In this document: piece by piece, positions 29,423 to 39,951 of the stretch
Layout: each line of letters begins with the position of its first letter
How positions within the stretch are numbered: the first letter of the stretch is position 1
Origin: an uncultured cyanobacterium
Lineage (GTDB): Bacteria > Cyanobacteriota > Cyanobacteriia > Cyanobacteriales > Nostocaceae
Direction: 5' to 3'
Assembly: GCA_963740315.1 (NCBI GenBank)
Contig: CAVUDP010000002.1
Span: 3,872,001 to 3,936,000, forward strand
DNA length: 64,000 nt
Notes under the pieces: model-generated
Told to the model about the DNA's origin: nothing
The model's input: the letters and a program-made list of their open reading frames with translations, nothing else
Databases searched by the model: none
Position numbers and translations under genes: made by a program

Positions 29423-32140
29423 CTACTTGTTTTCAACTAATTGTTTAGAAAGCTCGGTTAGCGCAACAAATTTATCTGAATACTTTGACAAGTAAAGCGT
29501 TCTCTGTTCTTGTTCTTTTGGATTATTACCCACAACAGCTAACAGAATGGGTGCTGGATAATAACGACAAAACGTAAATATCCCGTTATCATCAAGTAAC
29601 CATTGCGAGTACAAATCCTCCTTCTTTGGAAAAAAGCTTTCTGTCGCATTACGAGCAATAATCTCTTGAGGATATTTCAAAATCGTTGTAAAACTATCAA
29701 CAGCAGTGGGTTGAATTCGTCCAATTAACCGAGTAGTTAAATTTTGAAATATTTTTGACCCAGATGGAGATTGTGCAATCGTATCCGGGTCTTGAGCAGA
29801 TAAAATTACTCTAATCCCAGCTTTTGCACCATTTGCACATAATCGACCTACCAAAACTGCAATTGAATCGTATTCAAATAATATTGGACTTTCATCAATG
29901 AAGAAGATACTTGCTGGTGCAGCCAAAGCCCGACGCAATGCTGCACTATAAGCGCTTAAACTTAAAACAGCAGCATCTTCATCGTTGGATAAATTACGGA
30001 GAGCGAAGATAAGTAAACGTGCATCACTGCGGAAGGTTGAAGGTTTCGCTAAAGCTTGTCCAACCCGTGATGAAAGCCAAAATCGCAGACGTAATTTGAT
30101 TGTTTCTAAGGCTGCTTTACTATCACCACTATTATCTTCAAGCTGCAAACGTTCGTGAGAACAAAAACTTAAAAAGTCATGCAGTGTAGGCATTGCAAAC
30201 CATTCATCCGAACCAAACCCATTGGTATAAGCAGCCGCGTAACGGTCGCGAATTAAATCATCCCCAAAAAATGCTTTTAAAGCTAAAGCAATTATTGAAC
30301 GGACTGCATCAACTTGTTGTTTAGTTTGTGCATTTCCTCCACTACCTACAACCATTGCCATAATTGCGGTAGCGAGGAAATCTTTATAGTCTTCAAAACG
30401 CTCTTGCTGCAACTTCTGGGGAAGGGAACGTAGATTCGGTAATTCAAACAAGTTGCTTGATTCTTTACCAATATCAAAATACGCTCCATCCTTCTCCATG
30501 AACTGAGTGTAGTCTGTAAAGGTGCTGGTTCCATCCGGTTTGGGATAGTCCATTGCTACAACTGGCATTCCATGCGCTAGTGCCTGAGTTAGTATTCCAG
30601 AAGCTAAAACGCTCTTACCCGCACGGGTTGTAGCAAATAGTCCCAAATTTTTGTGTTGGGTATATAAATCTAATTCAACGGGTGTTCCTCCTTCTTCTGC
30701 TAACAAGCTAAAGCCGCTACCGTCTCCGGTTTTAGTTTTCACTACAGGCATTAATCCCGGTACTTCGCCACTCAAGTAAACTAACCTTCGATTAAAAGGT
30801 GCAGTCATTAAACGTTCCCAAACAATAGGCAAAGTTTGTAACCAGATTCGCCAGGGGTATTCTGTTTCTCTTACAACCCAAGCTGGACGTAAAAAGCAAG
30901 ATTGCAGATAACGACAAGCTTCATCTAACTGTTCGCGAGTTTGACGATATACCAAAAATACCGTCGCTACATGAATTGGAACGGAGCCTTCATAAAGTTC
31001 TTCCTGGGCAGCAATCGATTTTTTGATATTTAGTAAAGATTTTACGTCTACCGAGTTTTTGTCTTGAGCCAATGCAGCAGACGTGTTTGATTGTTTAGTT
31101 AAACGCTGCATATTGGTTTTAACTAAGGTTTCATTCGCTCGCATCAACTGACAATATATCTCGGTGTCGTAAACTCTTTCTCTTGATAAAACCTCCCACA
31201 AATAACGAAGTTGTTGTTGTTTATCAACCCAACCACCGGGTTTATCCGCGAAGGTGAGAGCTGCAATATATTTGTCTTTGAGATGCACCCAACGTTTATC
31301 AGCGATGGGAATTGAGGAAGAGGACTCCATAAGAAGAGATGTAGGAGCTACATCCGAATAAATTTCTTCTCGGAGTCCGTTTTCGTCATAAATTAAAAGT
31401 TGTGGTATGAGACGTGATGGTGTGTTGTTAAATCGCTGCCAAAGTTCAGACCAAAGTTGTTCTGAATTTAAGGGGCGGATATCTAGCCCCATTTTGTTTG
31501 ACATTAATTGTTCCCATAATTGGAATCCGTCAGTAAATGATGTGTGGATTAACCGTTCGATGGCGATAAATTGAAGTTCGTTGATTTCTCCTGTAAAAGA
31601 TTTCCAAGAACGCTCTAGCTTAGAAAGAATTTTCTCGATAGCATCGGTTGTACCCGTGCTAGAAGTTTCAACGGTGTAGGTGCAATAAAGACGTAGTTTT
31701 TTAGGTTTGCGTACTCCTTTAAAAGTTAATTGTTGTGTTCTACATCGTTCTCCCATCAAAAGGAATTGGAGTTCTTTGTTGGGTGCATTTTCACTTAAAT
31801 TTTTTAGTTGCTGCTGTCTGGTGGTGTCGTCAGTAAAAGAACTCAGACGGATAGTTAAACGTTCCCCAGGTGGTAAATCTTTTAATCCTGATTCAATTGC
31901 ATTGAAAACCGGGTCTATTTGTTCTGTCCGCAAAGTGGAATGAACACCCGTACACTCAAACCCAAATTGAATCAAATAGTTATCAACTCCTTTGCGTAAA
32001 ACATAAGCCCCAACAGACTTCCCTTGTAGATTAATTTGCAACATAGTAACTAGTGCAAATGAATCTTCTAAGGGTGTAAGACGAAGTTTACTTTCTCCAT
32101 TGTTAACAATTCGTTTACCAATTTTTGATTTGGAATTCAC
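29423..32140 (-). CDS. virB4: VirB4-family T4SS ATPase (cyanobacterial type)
   Basis: Walker A-like ATTRAGKS, Walker B FFIDE, GAKAGIRVILSAQD. Confidence 0.85.
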   Translation of the reverse strand: MNSKSKIGKRIVNNGESKLRLTPLEDSFALVTMLQINLQGKSVGAYVLRKGVDNYLIQFGFECTGVHSTLRTEQIDPVFNAIESGLKDLPPGERLTIRLSSFTDDTTRQQQLKNLSENAPNKELQFLLMGERCRTQQLTFKGVRKPKKLRLYCTYTVETSSTGTTDAIEKILSKLERSWKSFTGEINELQFIAIERLIHTSFTDGFQLWEQLMSNKMGLDIRPLNSEQLWSELWQRFNNTPSRLIPQLLIYDENGLREEIYSDVAPTSLLMESSSSIPIADKRWVHLKDKYIAALTFADKPGGWVDKQQQLRYLWEVLSRERVYDTEIYCQLMRANETLVKTNMQRLTKQSNTSAALAQDKNSVDVKSLLNIKKSIAAQEELYEGSVPIHVATVFLVYRQTREQLDEACRYLQSCFLRPAWVVRETEYPWRIWLQTLPIVWERLMTAPFNRRLVYLSGEVPGLMPVVKTKTGDGSGFSLLAEEGGTPVELDLYTQHKNLGLFATTRAGKSVLASGILTQALAHGMPVVAMDYPKPDGTSTFTDYTQFMEKDGAYFDIGKESSNLFELPNLRSLPQKLQQERFEDYKDFLATAIMAMVVGSGGNAQTKQQVDAVRSIIALALKAFFGDDLIRDRYAAAYTNGFGSDEWFAMPTLHDFLSFCSHERLQLEDNSGDSKAALETIKLRLRFWLSSRVGQALAKPSTFRSDARLLIFALRNLSNDEDAAVLSLSAYSAALRRALAAPASIFFIDESPILFEYDSIAVLVGRLCANGAKAGIRVILSAQDPDTIAQSPSGSKIFQNLTTRLIGRIQPTAVDSFTTILKYPQEIIARNATESFFPKKEDLYSQWLLDDNGIFTFCRYYPAPILLAVVGNNPKEQEQRTLYLSKYSDKFVALTELSKQLVENK

Positions 32141-32469
32141 CTGTGGAACTTACTATTTTTTGATTTTTCTATTTGTTTGGAATTCATAACTGGTTTGTAC
32201 AAACAACGTACTCTTGTCCAGTTGGGAGTTGCTACAAATTTGGACAAAATCCGCCAAGCGCCATTGGCAGTAAGAACCCACCACGTTGCAATTCCCCAAG
32301 CTGCGATAGAACAAGTCCAAACCCAATTTAATCTCAATAAACCGTGAGCAAAATAATAAGAAACACCACTAATAATTGCCCAAGGAATTAATTGGTCTGC
32401 TGGAAATGGACCAATTGATGGTTGTTTGCCTAGAGTCCCATTTACTTTACGATACTTTTTATCCTCCAT
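32137..32469 (-). CDS. VirB3-like small membrane protein
   Basis: VNxxLGKQxxxGPxPAxQxxPW motif, two TMs, overlaps the virB4 start. Confidence 0.6.
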   Translation of the reverse strand: MEDKKYRKVNGTLGKQPSIGPFPADQLIPWAIISGVSYYFAHGLLRLNWVWTCSIAAWGIATWWVLTANGAWRILSKFVATPNWTRVRCLYKPVMNSKQIEKSKNSKFHR

Positions 32470-32505
32470 ATCTTATCTGTTCTCCTTTAAAATCTAATTT
32501 GGTTA

Positions 32506-32632
32506 GGCAGGGGGCAGGGTGCAGGGAAAAAAAAGAAGATGAAAGCAGACTTTTATTAGATGCCGCAGGAGGGCGAAGAACACAGATAAAAAATATTTCT
32601 TTTCCCCCTTGCTCCCTGCCCCCTGCTCCCTT
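32506..32632. repeat. Inverted pair of STRR-type repeats (GCAGGG(G/A))
   Basis: GCAGGGGGCAGGGTGCAGGG and CCCTTGCTCCCTGCCCCCTGC; related copies at ~18517-18544 and ~24369-24385. Confidence 0.55.
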
Positions 32633-32638
32633 GCCTCT

Positions 32639-33220
32639 TTATCCTCCAGCACCTCCACCTGCTCCTCCAATAATCAAATTAGTGAGAATATCCCCTACTG
32701 TTACTGCAATCAAAATAATCATTGGTGTTCTCGCTAAATTTTGCCAATCTTCATCATTGCGGGCAGCTTGAATCACCTTTACCAAAGAGATTCCCAGATA
32801 AAGGATGAACAACCCTCTAAGTACATTGAACGATAAAACAATTGCTTCATCTGCACCTGCAAACTGTCCGCTCATCCAGGTTTCTGCATTTTGGAAAAAC
32901 TGTGCTTGCACAGGAGTTGAGAGAGCGTCTAACAGTAGAAATGTGCCTAGAACCGTAAGTGCAGACGAAGTTACCTTATATCGTTTAGAAAACTTTGTAA
33001 CTCTCTCAAATAAAGCATCTAAATACTGTCGCCAAGTAATTGCAACTGCTCCAGATACCAAAAAGATTGTCGTAGTAAAGCTAATCAAACTCGGACAAAT
33101 AATTGAATCTAGACATGAAACAAATAAACCAGTTCGTATTATCAAAGAGGAACTAATCAAATATTTTCTGCAATAGCTTCCTTGGCGCGGTTCAAAAAAT
33201 TTAGACGCTTTAAAAAGCAT
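32639..33220 (-). CDS. Pilin-like (VirB2-like) membrane protein
   Basis: PxxAxF processing-like motif, FNxxRG..DW hydrophobic hairpin, Gly-rich end; paralogous to 51843-52496. Confidence 0.55.
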   Translation of the reverse strand: MLFKASKFFEPRQGSYCRKYLISSSLIIRTGLFVSCLDSIICPSLISFTTTIFLVSGAVAITWRQYLDALFERVTKFSKRYKVTSSALTVLGTFLLLDALSTPVQAQFFQNAETWMSGQFAGADEAIVLSFNVLRGLFILYLGISLVKVIQAARNDEDWQNLARTPMIILIAVTVGDILTNLIIGGAGGGAGG

Positions 33221-33539
33221 AAAAAATAGAGCAACATATTGTTTTCTATTTACTTGATAACTCTAAGAGTATCTTAATTTCATCATCCGATTGTTAGAGA
33301 TGTTACTCGTATTTTTATTTACGAAAATAATATATTTTTTAGTCAAATTAATAACTTCTATTTTGTGTATAGATGACTAAAAAATCTTTATTATGTATAT
33401 TTTATTTCTTTAGTCAGCGTATTAATGTGTAATTCTGAGATTATAAATTACAATTTAGCTTCCGTAGTACACGTAGAAAATAATTTAATCTTATATGTTG
33501 ATAATTTTGATAATTTTTACTCTCATGCATCAAAAAATT

Positions 33540-33582
33540 AGGTGCTAGGGGAGTAGATGGTGATAAATTTCCCCTAGCACCT
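33540..33582. repeat. Stand-alone copy of the methyltransferase-array hairpin
   Basis: AGGTGCTAGGGGA-gtagatgGTGATAaatt-TCCCCTAGCACCT, 13-bp perfect IR. Confidence 0.9.
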
Positions 33583-33607
33583 TTATCTATTTGGCTACGC
33601 GCTGTAA

Positions 33608-34954
33608 TTATTTTCTTATATTCCTGACAATAGAATAAGCTGTATCCATTAAAAGGACTGCGGTTCCCGTTTCACCATGTCGCGCTTTAGCAACGATTAA
33701 TTCTAAAATGCCTTTATCAACTGTTTCCCGATGATAATACTCATCTCGATAAAGAAGAATAACGTTGTCTGCTACCATTTCCAAAACTCCTGATTGGCTT
33801 AGGTCACTCATTATTGGACGTTTATTATTCCTTCCTTCTACTCCCCTCGAAATCTGCGACAGCGCTAAAACTGGCACATCCAACTCACTTGCCATTTTGT
33901 ATAATCCTCGTGCAACATCACCAAGTTCATAGCTACGATTTCCTTGGGTATCGGGAGCCATCATTTGTAAATAATCAACAATTACTAATCCTAGTCTTCC
34001 TTCTCTAGCTTGAATCTGACGACATTCTGAAGTAATTCCTGCAACTGTTATTCCTCGACTGTCATTAATGTAAAGTGGTAAATCGCCTGAAACGCTAGCA
34101 ATTTTCGCAATACTTGCGAATTCTTTATCAGATAGGGGATTGAAGCCAGAACGATGACGACGTACTCTATCAAGACCTATAGGTTTTGTTAATAGTGATT
34201 CGTATTCTTTATGAACGCTAATCGTACTCCATAGTCGATATTCAAGCTGCATTTTCGACATTTCCAAGGAGAAGATAACTACTGGCAAGTTATAATTCTG
34301 TATCGTTCCCAATGCCAGATTCATTGCAATCATTGACTTACCCATTGATGGGCGACCAGCAACAATGTTTAATGTACCTGGTTCAAACCCAATAATTAAT
34401 TTATCAAGTTCTTTTAATCCTGTTGGGTAAATTGGTTTGTTTAATTCTAAGTCCGTGTATGCATAATATGCTATAGCGCTATTATGTTGGGTATTTGTGT
34501 GAAATTGCTCGTTGGATACTTGATACAGTTTTCGTTGCGAAGCTTCAATAATTTCAGGTAAATCTATCTGTGTTTGGTGAGCTAGTTCATTTATTTCATA
34601 ACTTACGCTAATCAACCTACGTCGAATGTATTTTTGCATTACCAGTTCTGCAAGTGCATCTATGTTTACGGCAGAAACTGTACGTTCAAGTAGCGATACC
34701 AGTTTATTTCTGCCGCCAATTTTCATGAGTAAGTCATGGTCTTTTAGCCAATCTATGACTGTCAGCAAATCTGTAGGCTTCCCATTATGGTGCAGTCGTA
34801 GTAAAGCTTGATAAATTTCATTGTGTGAAGAAATATAAAAAGCATCAGGTACTAAATAATCACATACCCGACTTATAGCTAAGGGGTCAAGCAAAATCCC
34901 TCCAAGAATTGCTTCTTCTGCTTCAATATTCGTTGGTGGTAGTTTGTCTATCAT
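33608..34954 (-). CDS. dnaB: Replicative DNA helicase DnaB
   Basis: PPxNIEAEEAILG, AGRPSMGKS, FSLEM, VDYLQ, LSQISR and KARHGETG motifs. Confidence 0.95.
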   Translation of the reverse strand: MIDKLPPTNIEAEEAILGGILLDPLAISRVCDYLVPDAFYISSHNEIYQALLRLHHNGKPTDLLTVIDWLKDHDLLMKIGGRNKLVSLLERTVSAVNIDALAELVMQKYIRRRLISVSYEINELAHQTQIDLPEIIEASQRKLYQVSNEQFHTNTQHNSAIAYYAYTDLELNKPIYPTGLKELDKLIIGFEPGTLNIVAGRPSMGKSMIAMNLALGTIQNYNLPVVIFSLEMSKMQLEYRLWSTISVHKEYESLLTKPIGLDRVRRHRSGFNPLSDKEFASIAKIASVSGDLPLYINDSRGITVAGITSECRQIQAREGRLGLVIVDYLQMMAPDTQGNRSYELGDVARGLYKMASELDVPVLALSQISRGVEGRNNKRPIMSDLSQSGVLEMVADNVILLYRDEYYHRETVDKGILELIVAKARHGETGTAVLLMDTAYSIVRNIRK

Positions 34955-34968
34955 TATTGCTCCTACGG

Positions 34969-35739
34969 TTATTGCTGAATAAGGTTTTCGGCAAGTTTCT
35001 GTTTAGCTCTTAATTCTTCTTGCCATTCTTCAACTGCCTTTTGGTACTCAACTTTAGTGGACTTGTGGGCTGCACTGTCTAGAAAATTTTGATAATAGAC
35101 TTCCCATCTGTTCTGTCCGGCTTTATTTTTATGTGCCAACCATGCTTCCAGGTCATTTATTTCTTGGCTAAGATTCTTCGTCTTATCTCGACAATATTCT
35201 AAAAAATTCGCTCGCTCATTATCTGAGAGAGTTTGAATAAAGTTTGAATAAGTCTGAATAGTCTGAGGGGTGCTGTCATCTTTATCTGGAGCGCATTTCG
35301 GAGTTCGATTTTCTGGAATTCCAGAATTTTTTCTGGGATTCCGTAATTTTTTCTGAGATTCCAGATTATTTTCTGAATTCTCAGAATTTTTTCTGGATTC
35401 CCAGAAGTTTTCCGAATTGTCAGAATCTTCTCGTTGTTGAGAATCGACCCATTCGATAGTAAACTTTCCTGAATTTATATGAATTGCCTTACTTATCTTA
35501 AGTTTCCCAATCGCTTCATAGACACTACTTTCTGGAAGAAACCAGCGTTTCGCAAACTCTTTGGGGATAATTGTAAGAGCGCGATCGCAAAATGGATTTT
35601 CATATCGGAGCGCTAAATGAACGAAAGCTGTATTGTTGATTAGCTTGGCTTTACGCAAAGCAATCAACTCATGTTTTTGTAAAGGATAAAATTCTCCCAT
35701 TACTTTACCTCGCTTGTCTCTTATGGGTTTGGGTATCAT
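34969..35739 (-). CDS. Putative replication initiator with internal iterons
   Basis: HTH-like N-terminal segment, low-complexity middle encoded by palindromic repeats, directly upstream of dnaB. Confidence 0.6.
   Translation of the reverse strand: MIPKPIRDKRGKVMGEFYPLQKHELIALRKAKLINNTAFVHLALRYENPFCDRALTIIPKEFAKRWFLPESSVYEAIGKLKISKAIHINSGKFTIEWVDSQQREDSDNSENFWESRKNSENSENNLESQKKLRNPRKNSGIPENRTPKCAPDKDDSTPQTIQTYSNFIQTLSDNERANFLEYCRDKTKNLSQEINDLEAWLAHKNKAGQNRWEVYYQNFLDSAAHKSTKVEYQKAVEEWQEELRAKQKLAENLIQQ
35311..35425. repeat. Six ~16-bp palindromic iteron-like repeats with ~20-bp period (candidate oriV)
   Basis: TTCTGGAATTCCAGAA (35311), TTCTGGGATTCCGTAA (35331), TTCTGAGATTCCAGAT (35351), TTCTGAATTCTCAGAA (35371), TTCTGGATTCCCAGAA (35391), TTCCGAATTGTCAGAA (35410). 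Confidence 0.8.
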
Positions 35740-36479
35740 GACTTTACTTTCTCAAAACTAGAACAAGAAAGATGCAGATTAATTAATTTTAAAATCCAAT
35801 GAGTTTGGAGTGTCCAAAACGCAAACTATGCTTTGTGATGCGGAAAAAATAGTTACATCAAGCACAACATGAATTCTTCTTGCCAATTTATCGTACTTAT
35901 TTTTTAGAACTTCAAACGCATTTAAAGGGTCAATTATGCGAAATTTACAAAGACAAAAAGGACTATGAAAGCAATCATTCTACTATCGCTCATGCTTGTA
36001 CACGGCGGACTAGGGAAAAAAGAGCTAACGCATAGTTAAGCATCTTTGAGTATGCGAATGCTTTTCTAAAGCTAAACGAAAATTATCGAAAAGACAACAT
36101 TTATATCTCAAATACTTACTTTGTAAGCTCGATTATATGTAAATCCGTAAATTAATTAAAATTCTGTGTTCGGGTATTACTAGTATTTTTATACACTGCG
36201 ACATCTATGTCTGTTAATAAGAGTATTTTTGTATAATCTTGATGCATAGAGATTTATTCTAAATTATCTATATCATAACTGCGTGCTTTCTTAATTAATC
36301 TCAGACAAATATGATACAGCTTGATATTAGCTATTAATTCTTTCTAGAATAAATAATTGTCAAAATATAGATAAATATGTATAAATAGTTCAAAGTGTTG
36401 GATTTCTCCCCAAAGTTCGCTTTTGAAGTTCAAAATCTCCAAATATGTCCAAAGTCAATTGCGCCAAATTTGACGGGCA

Positions 36480-36518
36480 CCCATGAAAGTTTTTTCCTCC
36501 TGAAAAAACTTTCATGGG
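36480..36518. repeat. 17-bp perfect inverted repeat
   Basis: CCCATGAAAGTTTTTTC-ctcct-GAAAAAACTTTCATGGG. Confidence 0.85.
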
Positions 36519-36878
36519 AACCTTTGACGAAGGAAATAGCGATTAAAGTGAGAACTTTTTTCGGTTTTAAAGACTTCAGAATTACGCTTAACGTGAATTA
36601 AAAATGCATCTAATCCTACAAGGGTTTTGAAGCCTACTTTAATCTCGATGTTGAGATTATCGACGTAATAATAGTGGTTTCACGACTTAATTCACATTGG
36701 ATGTGACGGGTACCCATGACGAAGGCTTTTTCTTCAATTTTTTGATTTAGACCCCGCCATAGACAACTAATTATTTTGATGGTGGCAATCTTCAGTTTGG
36801 GCTTGCAAACTCTCTTGGGTGAATCTTGTCTTGCCTTCATTTTTTAAATTAGAACTTACTTAAAAGGAGATTATAGAC

Positions 36879-37175
36879 GTGAAAAATGCTCCCAAAAGAA
36901 TCATATTGCAACATTATCAGTTAGTTAATAAACAAGTCGCAGCAGAAATGACTGGCTTATCTCCCCAAACTTTGAAAAAGTATAGACTTGAAGGAATACT
37001 TGAAAAAGATATCTATTGGGTAATGATTAATCCAAGAGTGATTAGATATAACATTTCACTTATACTTGATTGGATGCAAAACAAAGATACCAATCCTCAA
37101 GCGCATTTAAAAGCGATTGAAAACTATTTATCTTCTCTTCCATCTGCACAAAATAAGTCACGGGCAAAACGTTGA
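36879..37175 (+). CDS. Excisionase-like winged-HTH protein
   Basis: AAEMTGLSPQTLKKYRL..YNxxLIxDW; paralogous to 50266-50529. Confidence 0.7.
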   Translation: MKNAPKRIILQHYQLVNKQVAAEMTGLSPQTLKKYRLEGILEKDIYWVMINPRVIRYNISLILDWMQNKDTNPQAHLKAIENYLSSLPSAQNKSRAKR

Positions 37176-37227
37176 AAAATTTACTTAAAGAATCAATAAT
37201 TATATAGGTAGTCGTAAAACTGCCAGT

Positions 37228-38037
37228 ATGTCTCGTCCAGCTTTTTCTATTTTTGCCCAGCAATATCTCTTGGCTCTACTCAATGGTTTTGGAACTGTTT
37301 ACCTAAACGAACCAATCCCCCGAGATGCGAATTTGAGAATTTTTAAACTCCCATCTCGATTCAACTGGGGAACTGAGTATTTGAAGGAAATTACTCACGG
37401 TGATAATCGGGTGATGATTAGCCCAGAAGTGATTGGAGAAGCGGAATTGGTAGATATTCTGTTTGAACCCAACTCCCAAAAATCTCGAACATCTTTAGGA
37501 CTATTAGGAGATTTCTTATCAGTTCCGTGTATTATTGAAATTCTGCGTTGGGCACCAAATGCATGGGAGCTAGAGGATTGTTTGCGCCATTGGTTAACCT
37601 GGAAAAGTGAAGCCAGTAAAAGCATTATGAGTGCAAATGAAACGAGTGTCGGTACTTCAGAAGCGTGCAGCGATGGTTCGGATGAAATTGACAAAACTCT
37701 ACTTATTATTGTGCCTTCAATTGCTTCCCAACATCTCCAAGGATTTGCAGCGAGTCGGGACATGAATATTTCAGGTATTTACTATTTCGCACCAGCTTTT
37801 TGTACAACTATTGTTGTAACTAGCGAACTTCCCCAAAATATTTCAACACTCTGGCTCAGACTTTTAGGACGCGGACCAACTCAACGAGCGGCAATAATGG
37901 AATTTAATGCTTTAGATGATAATCATCCACACTGCGCTGTAGTTCGACGACAATTACGTGAATGGTATCAACTTTTATCTAATAGCCAAATGTTCAAGGA
38001 AAGTAAACTACTGATGCAAACATTAGCCAGTATTTAA
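37228..38037 (+). CDS. Cyanobacterial Rpn-like / PD-(D/E)XK-like hypothetical protein
   Basis: FAQQYL, EVxGE..VDILFEP, LGLLG and ELP..TLWLRLLGRG pattern. Confidence 0.55.
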   Translation: MSRPAFSIFAQQYLLALLNGFGTVYLNEPIPRDANLRIFKLPSRFNWGTEYLKEITHGDNRVMISPEVIGEAELVDILFEPNSQKSRTSLGLLGDFLSVPCIIEILRWAPNAWELEDCLRHWLTWKSEASKSIMSANETSVGTSEACSDGSDEIDKTLLIIVPSIASQHLQGFAASRDMNISGIYYFAPAFCTTIVVTSELPQNISTLWLRLLGRGPTQRAAIMEFNALDDNHPHCAVVRRQLREWYQLLSNSQMFKESKLLMQTLASI

Positions 38038-38747
38038 AATTTAGCCGTTTCAATAAGTTGCTTGTAAAATTTTCTTTTCTTGCCACTTAGAGCGCTTCAG
38101 AAACTGTAATCAAAATATTAAAACGCACCGGAGCATCGCCCAGCAGATTTTAGTGGAGTTTATGTCTATGAAGACGATTGAATATGGTGTTGGTAAACCA
38201 AAGTTTTAAAAAGTACGCTCAAAGCATTAGGCGCAGCGAAGAACTAATGAACTACCCACGCTTATATAGTTGTAAATTTTATAGGCAAATATTACATCGA
38301 CTATAAAATTTATTTGTGAGGAGTAATCTTCACTGGATGAACTACAACACCCTGTATCCCCTCCGCAAAAGCATTGGGGACTACCTTTCTAATAATGTTG
38401 CCACTACCATTACAATCAGCATTTATTAATATTCCTGACTGACTACGAAACAATCCGCGTTTAACTCTTTTGCCTTTATAAACAGAAAGTTTACATAAAG
38501 GTTCCGAATCAATAAACGAACATTTGGAAGTATAACTTTCCTCTGTAATAATCACTTTTATTCCGATTAATTCTGCTTTGTATTTAAGCATTGAAATAAA
38601 TCGGTTAAAAGGTATTGAAACCAAATTTTGGTTGTTACGTTTACCAAGATTAATCGATTGTTTCCACTTATCGTTATGACCAATTACTAGTACAAAACGG
38701 CGTAAATTAGGTTAGGGTAAAAATGATGGAAATAAGCCAAAATACTT

Positions 38748-39245
38748 ATGCCTTGTCAGCCTCTAACAGTAACTTTGAGTGATACAGACCAAGAAGCCCT
38801 GGAAAAATTAGCGAATCGACCCAGCACATCGCAGCAAATAGCGCAACGTGCGCGAATTGTACTGGAAGCCTCAGTTGGCAAGAATAATGCCGAAATTGCC
38901 CTGATGCTTGGTGTCAGTATAAAGATGGTACGACAATGGAGACGACGTTGGGTTCATAGCAGTGAACAATCTAAACCACTAACACAGAGATTGCAAGATA
39001 ACTCACGTCCTGGGGCACCATTAAAATTTACACTAGAACAACAAGTTGAATGTATGGCGATCGCCTGCCGCGATCCGATGGAATATAATCTTCCCATAAG
39101 TCATTGGAGCGTTCGTGAACTAGCGGATGAATTGAAAAAGCAGAACATTGTAGAACAGATATCACCTCGCCAAGTCGGACGATGGTTAGCTGAGGCAGAA
39201 CTCAAACCACACCAGTCTCGTTACTGGCTTTTTCCCCCCGCATGA
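38748..39245 (+). CDS. IS630 transposase N-terminal (HTH) part
   Basis: RARIVL, WRRRW, RPGAP and HWS motifs; ends at T5C6 run. Confidence 0.85.
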   Translation: MPCQPLTVTLSDTDQEALEKLANRPSTSQQIAQRARIVLEASVGKNNAEIALMLGVSIKMVRQWRRRWVHSSEQSKPLTQRLQDNSRPGAPLKFTLEQQVECMAIACRDPMEYNLPISHWSVRELADELKKQNIVEQISPRQVGRWLAEAELKPHQSRYWLFPPA

Positions 39246-39951
39246 CCCTGAGTTTGAAGTCAAAGTAGAAGATATTAGTCAACATTATCTGAGCGCCCCG
39301 GTAAGAGCCGAACTCGGAGAGCGTACCATTAGTATCGATGAAATGACGGGTATTCAAGCACTTGAACGGGCTTTACCTAATCTACCGATGCGACCAGGAA
39401 AAGTCGAACGTCGAGAATTTGAGTATAAAAGGCACGGAACGCAAACCTTGATTGCAAATTTTGATATTGTAACAGGTCAAATTGTTACTCCTACCATTGA
39501 CCATCACAGGACTGAAGCCGATTTTGAGGCGCATTGCCAACGCTTGATTGGTTCTGATCCAAATGCCAATAAGTGGCATTTAATTATGGATTGTCTAAAT
39601 ATTCACCAATCGGAATCTTTAGTACGATGGATTGCTCATGAGGAAGGAATTCCCCAAGACAATTTAGGCGTTAAGGGCAAGTCTGGTATCCTTAAATCGA
39701 TCAAAACTCGCGCCCACTTTCTTGCAAATCCCAAACACAAAATTGTTTTTCATTTTACTCCAAAGCACTGTTCATGGCTTAATCAAGTCGAAATTTGGTT
39801 TAGCATTTTAACACGCAAACTTTTACGAAGAGGCAGTTTTTCCTCCCAGATGGATCTCAAACAGCAGATATTAAATTTTATTGACTACTTCAACCAAAAA
39901 TTAGCTCGTCCTTTCCAATGGACTTTTAAGGGTAAGCTTTTAGCAGTATAA
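39241..39951 (+). CDS. IS630 transposase C-terminal DDE part (+1 frame)
   Basis: [27 protein letters not shown] and [10 protein letters not shown]; frame is open from the slippery run (ORF track ATG at 39343). Confidence 0.85.
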   Translation, partial: HDPEFEVKVEDISQHYLSAPVRAELGERTISIDEMTGIQALERALPNLPMRPGKVERREFEYKRHGTQTLIANFDIVTGQIVTPTIDHHRTEADFEAHCQRLIGSDPNANKWHLIMDCLNIHQSESLVRWIAHEEGIPQDNLGVKGKSGILKSIKTRAHFLANPKHKIVFHFTPKHCSWLNQVEIWFSILTRKLLRRGSFSSQMDLKQQILNFIDYFNQKLARPFQWTFKGKLLAV

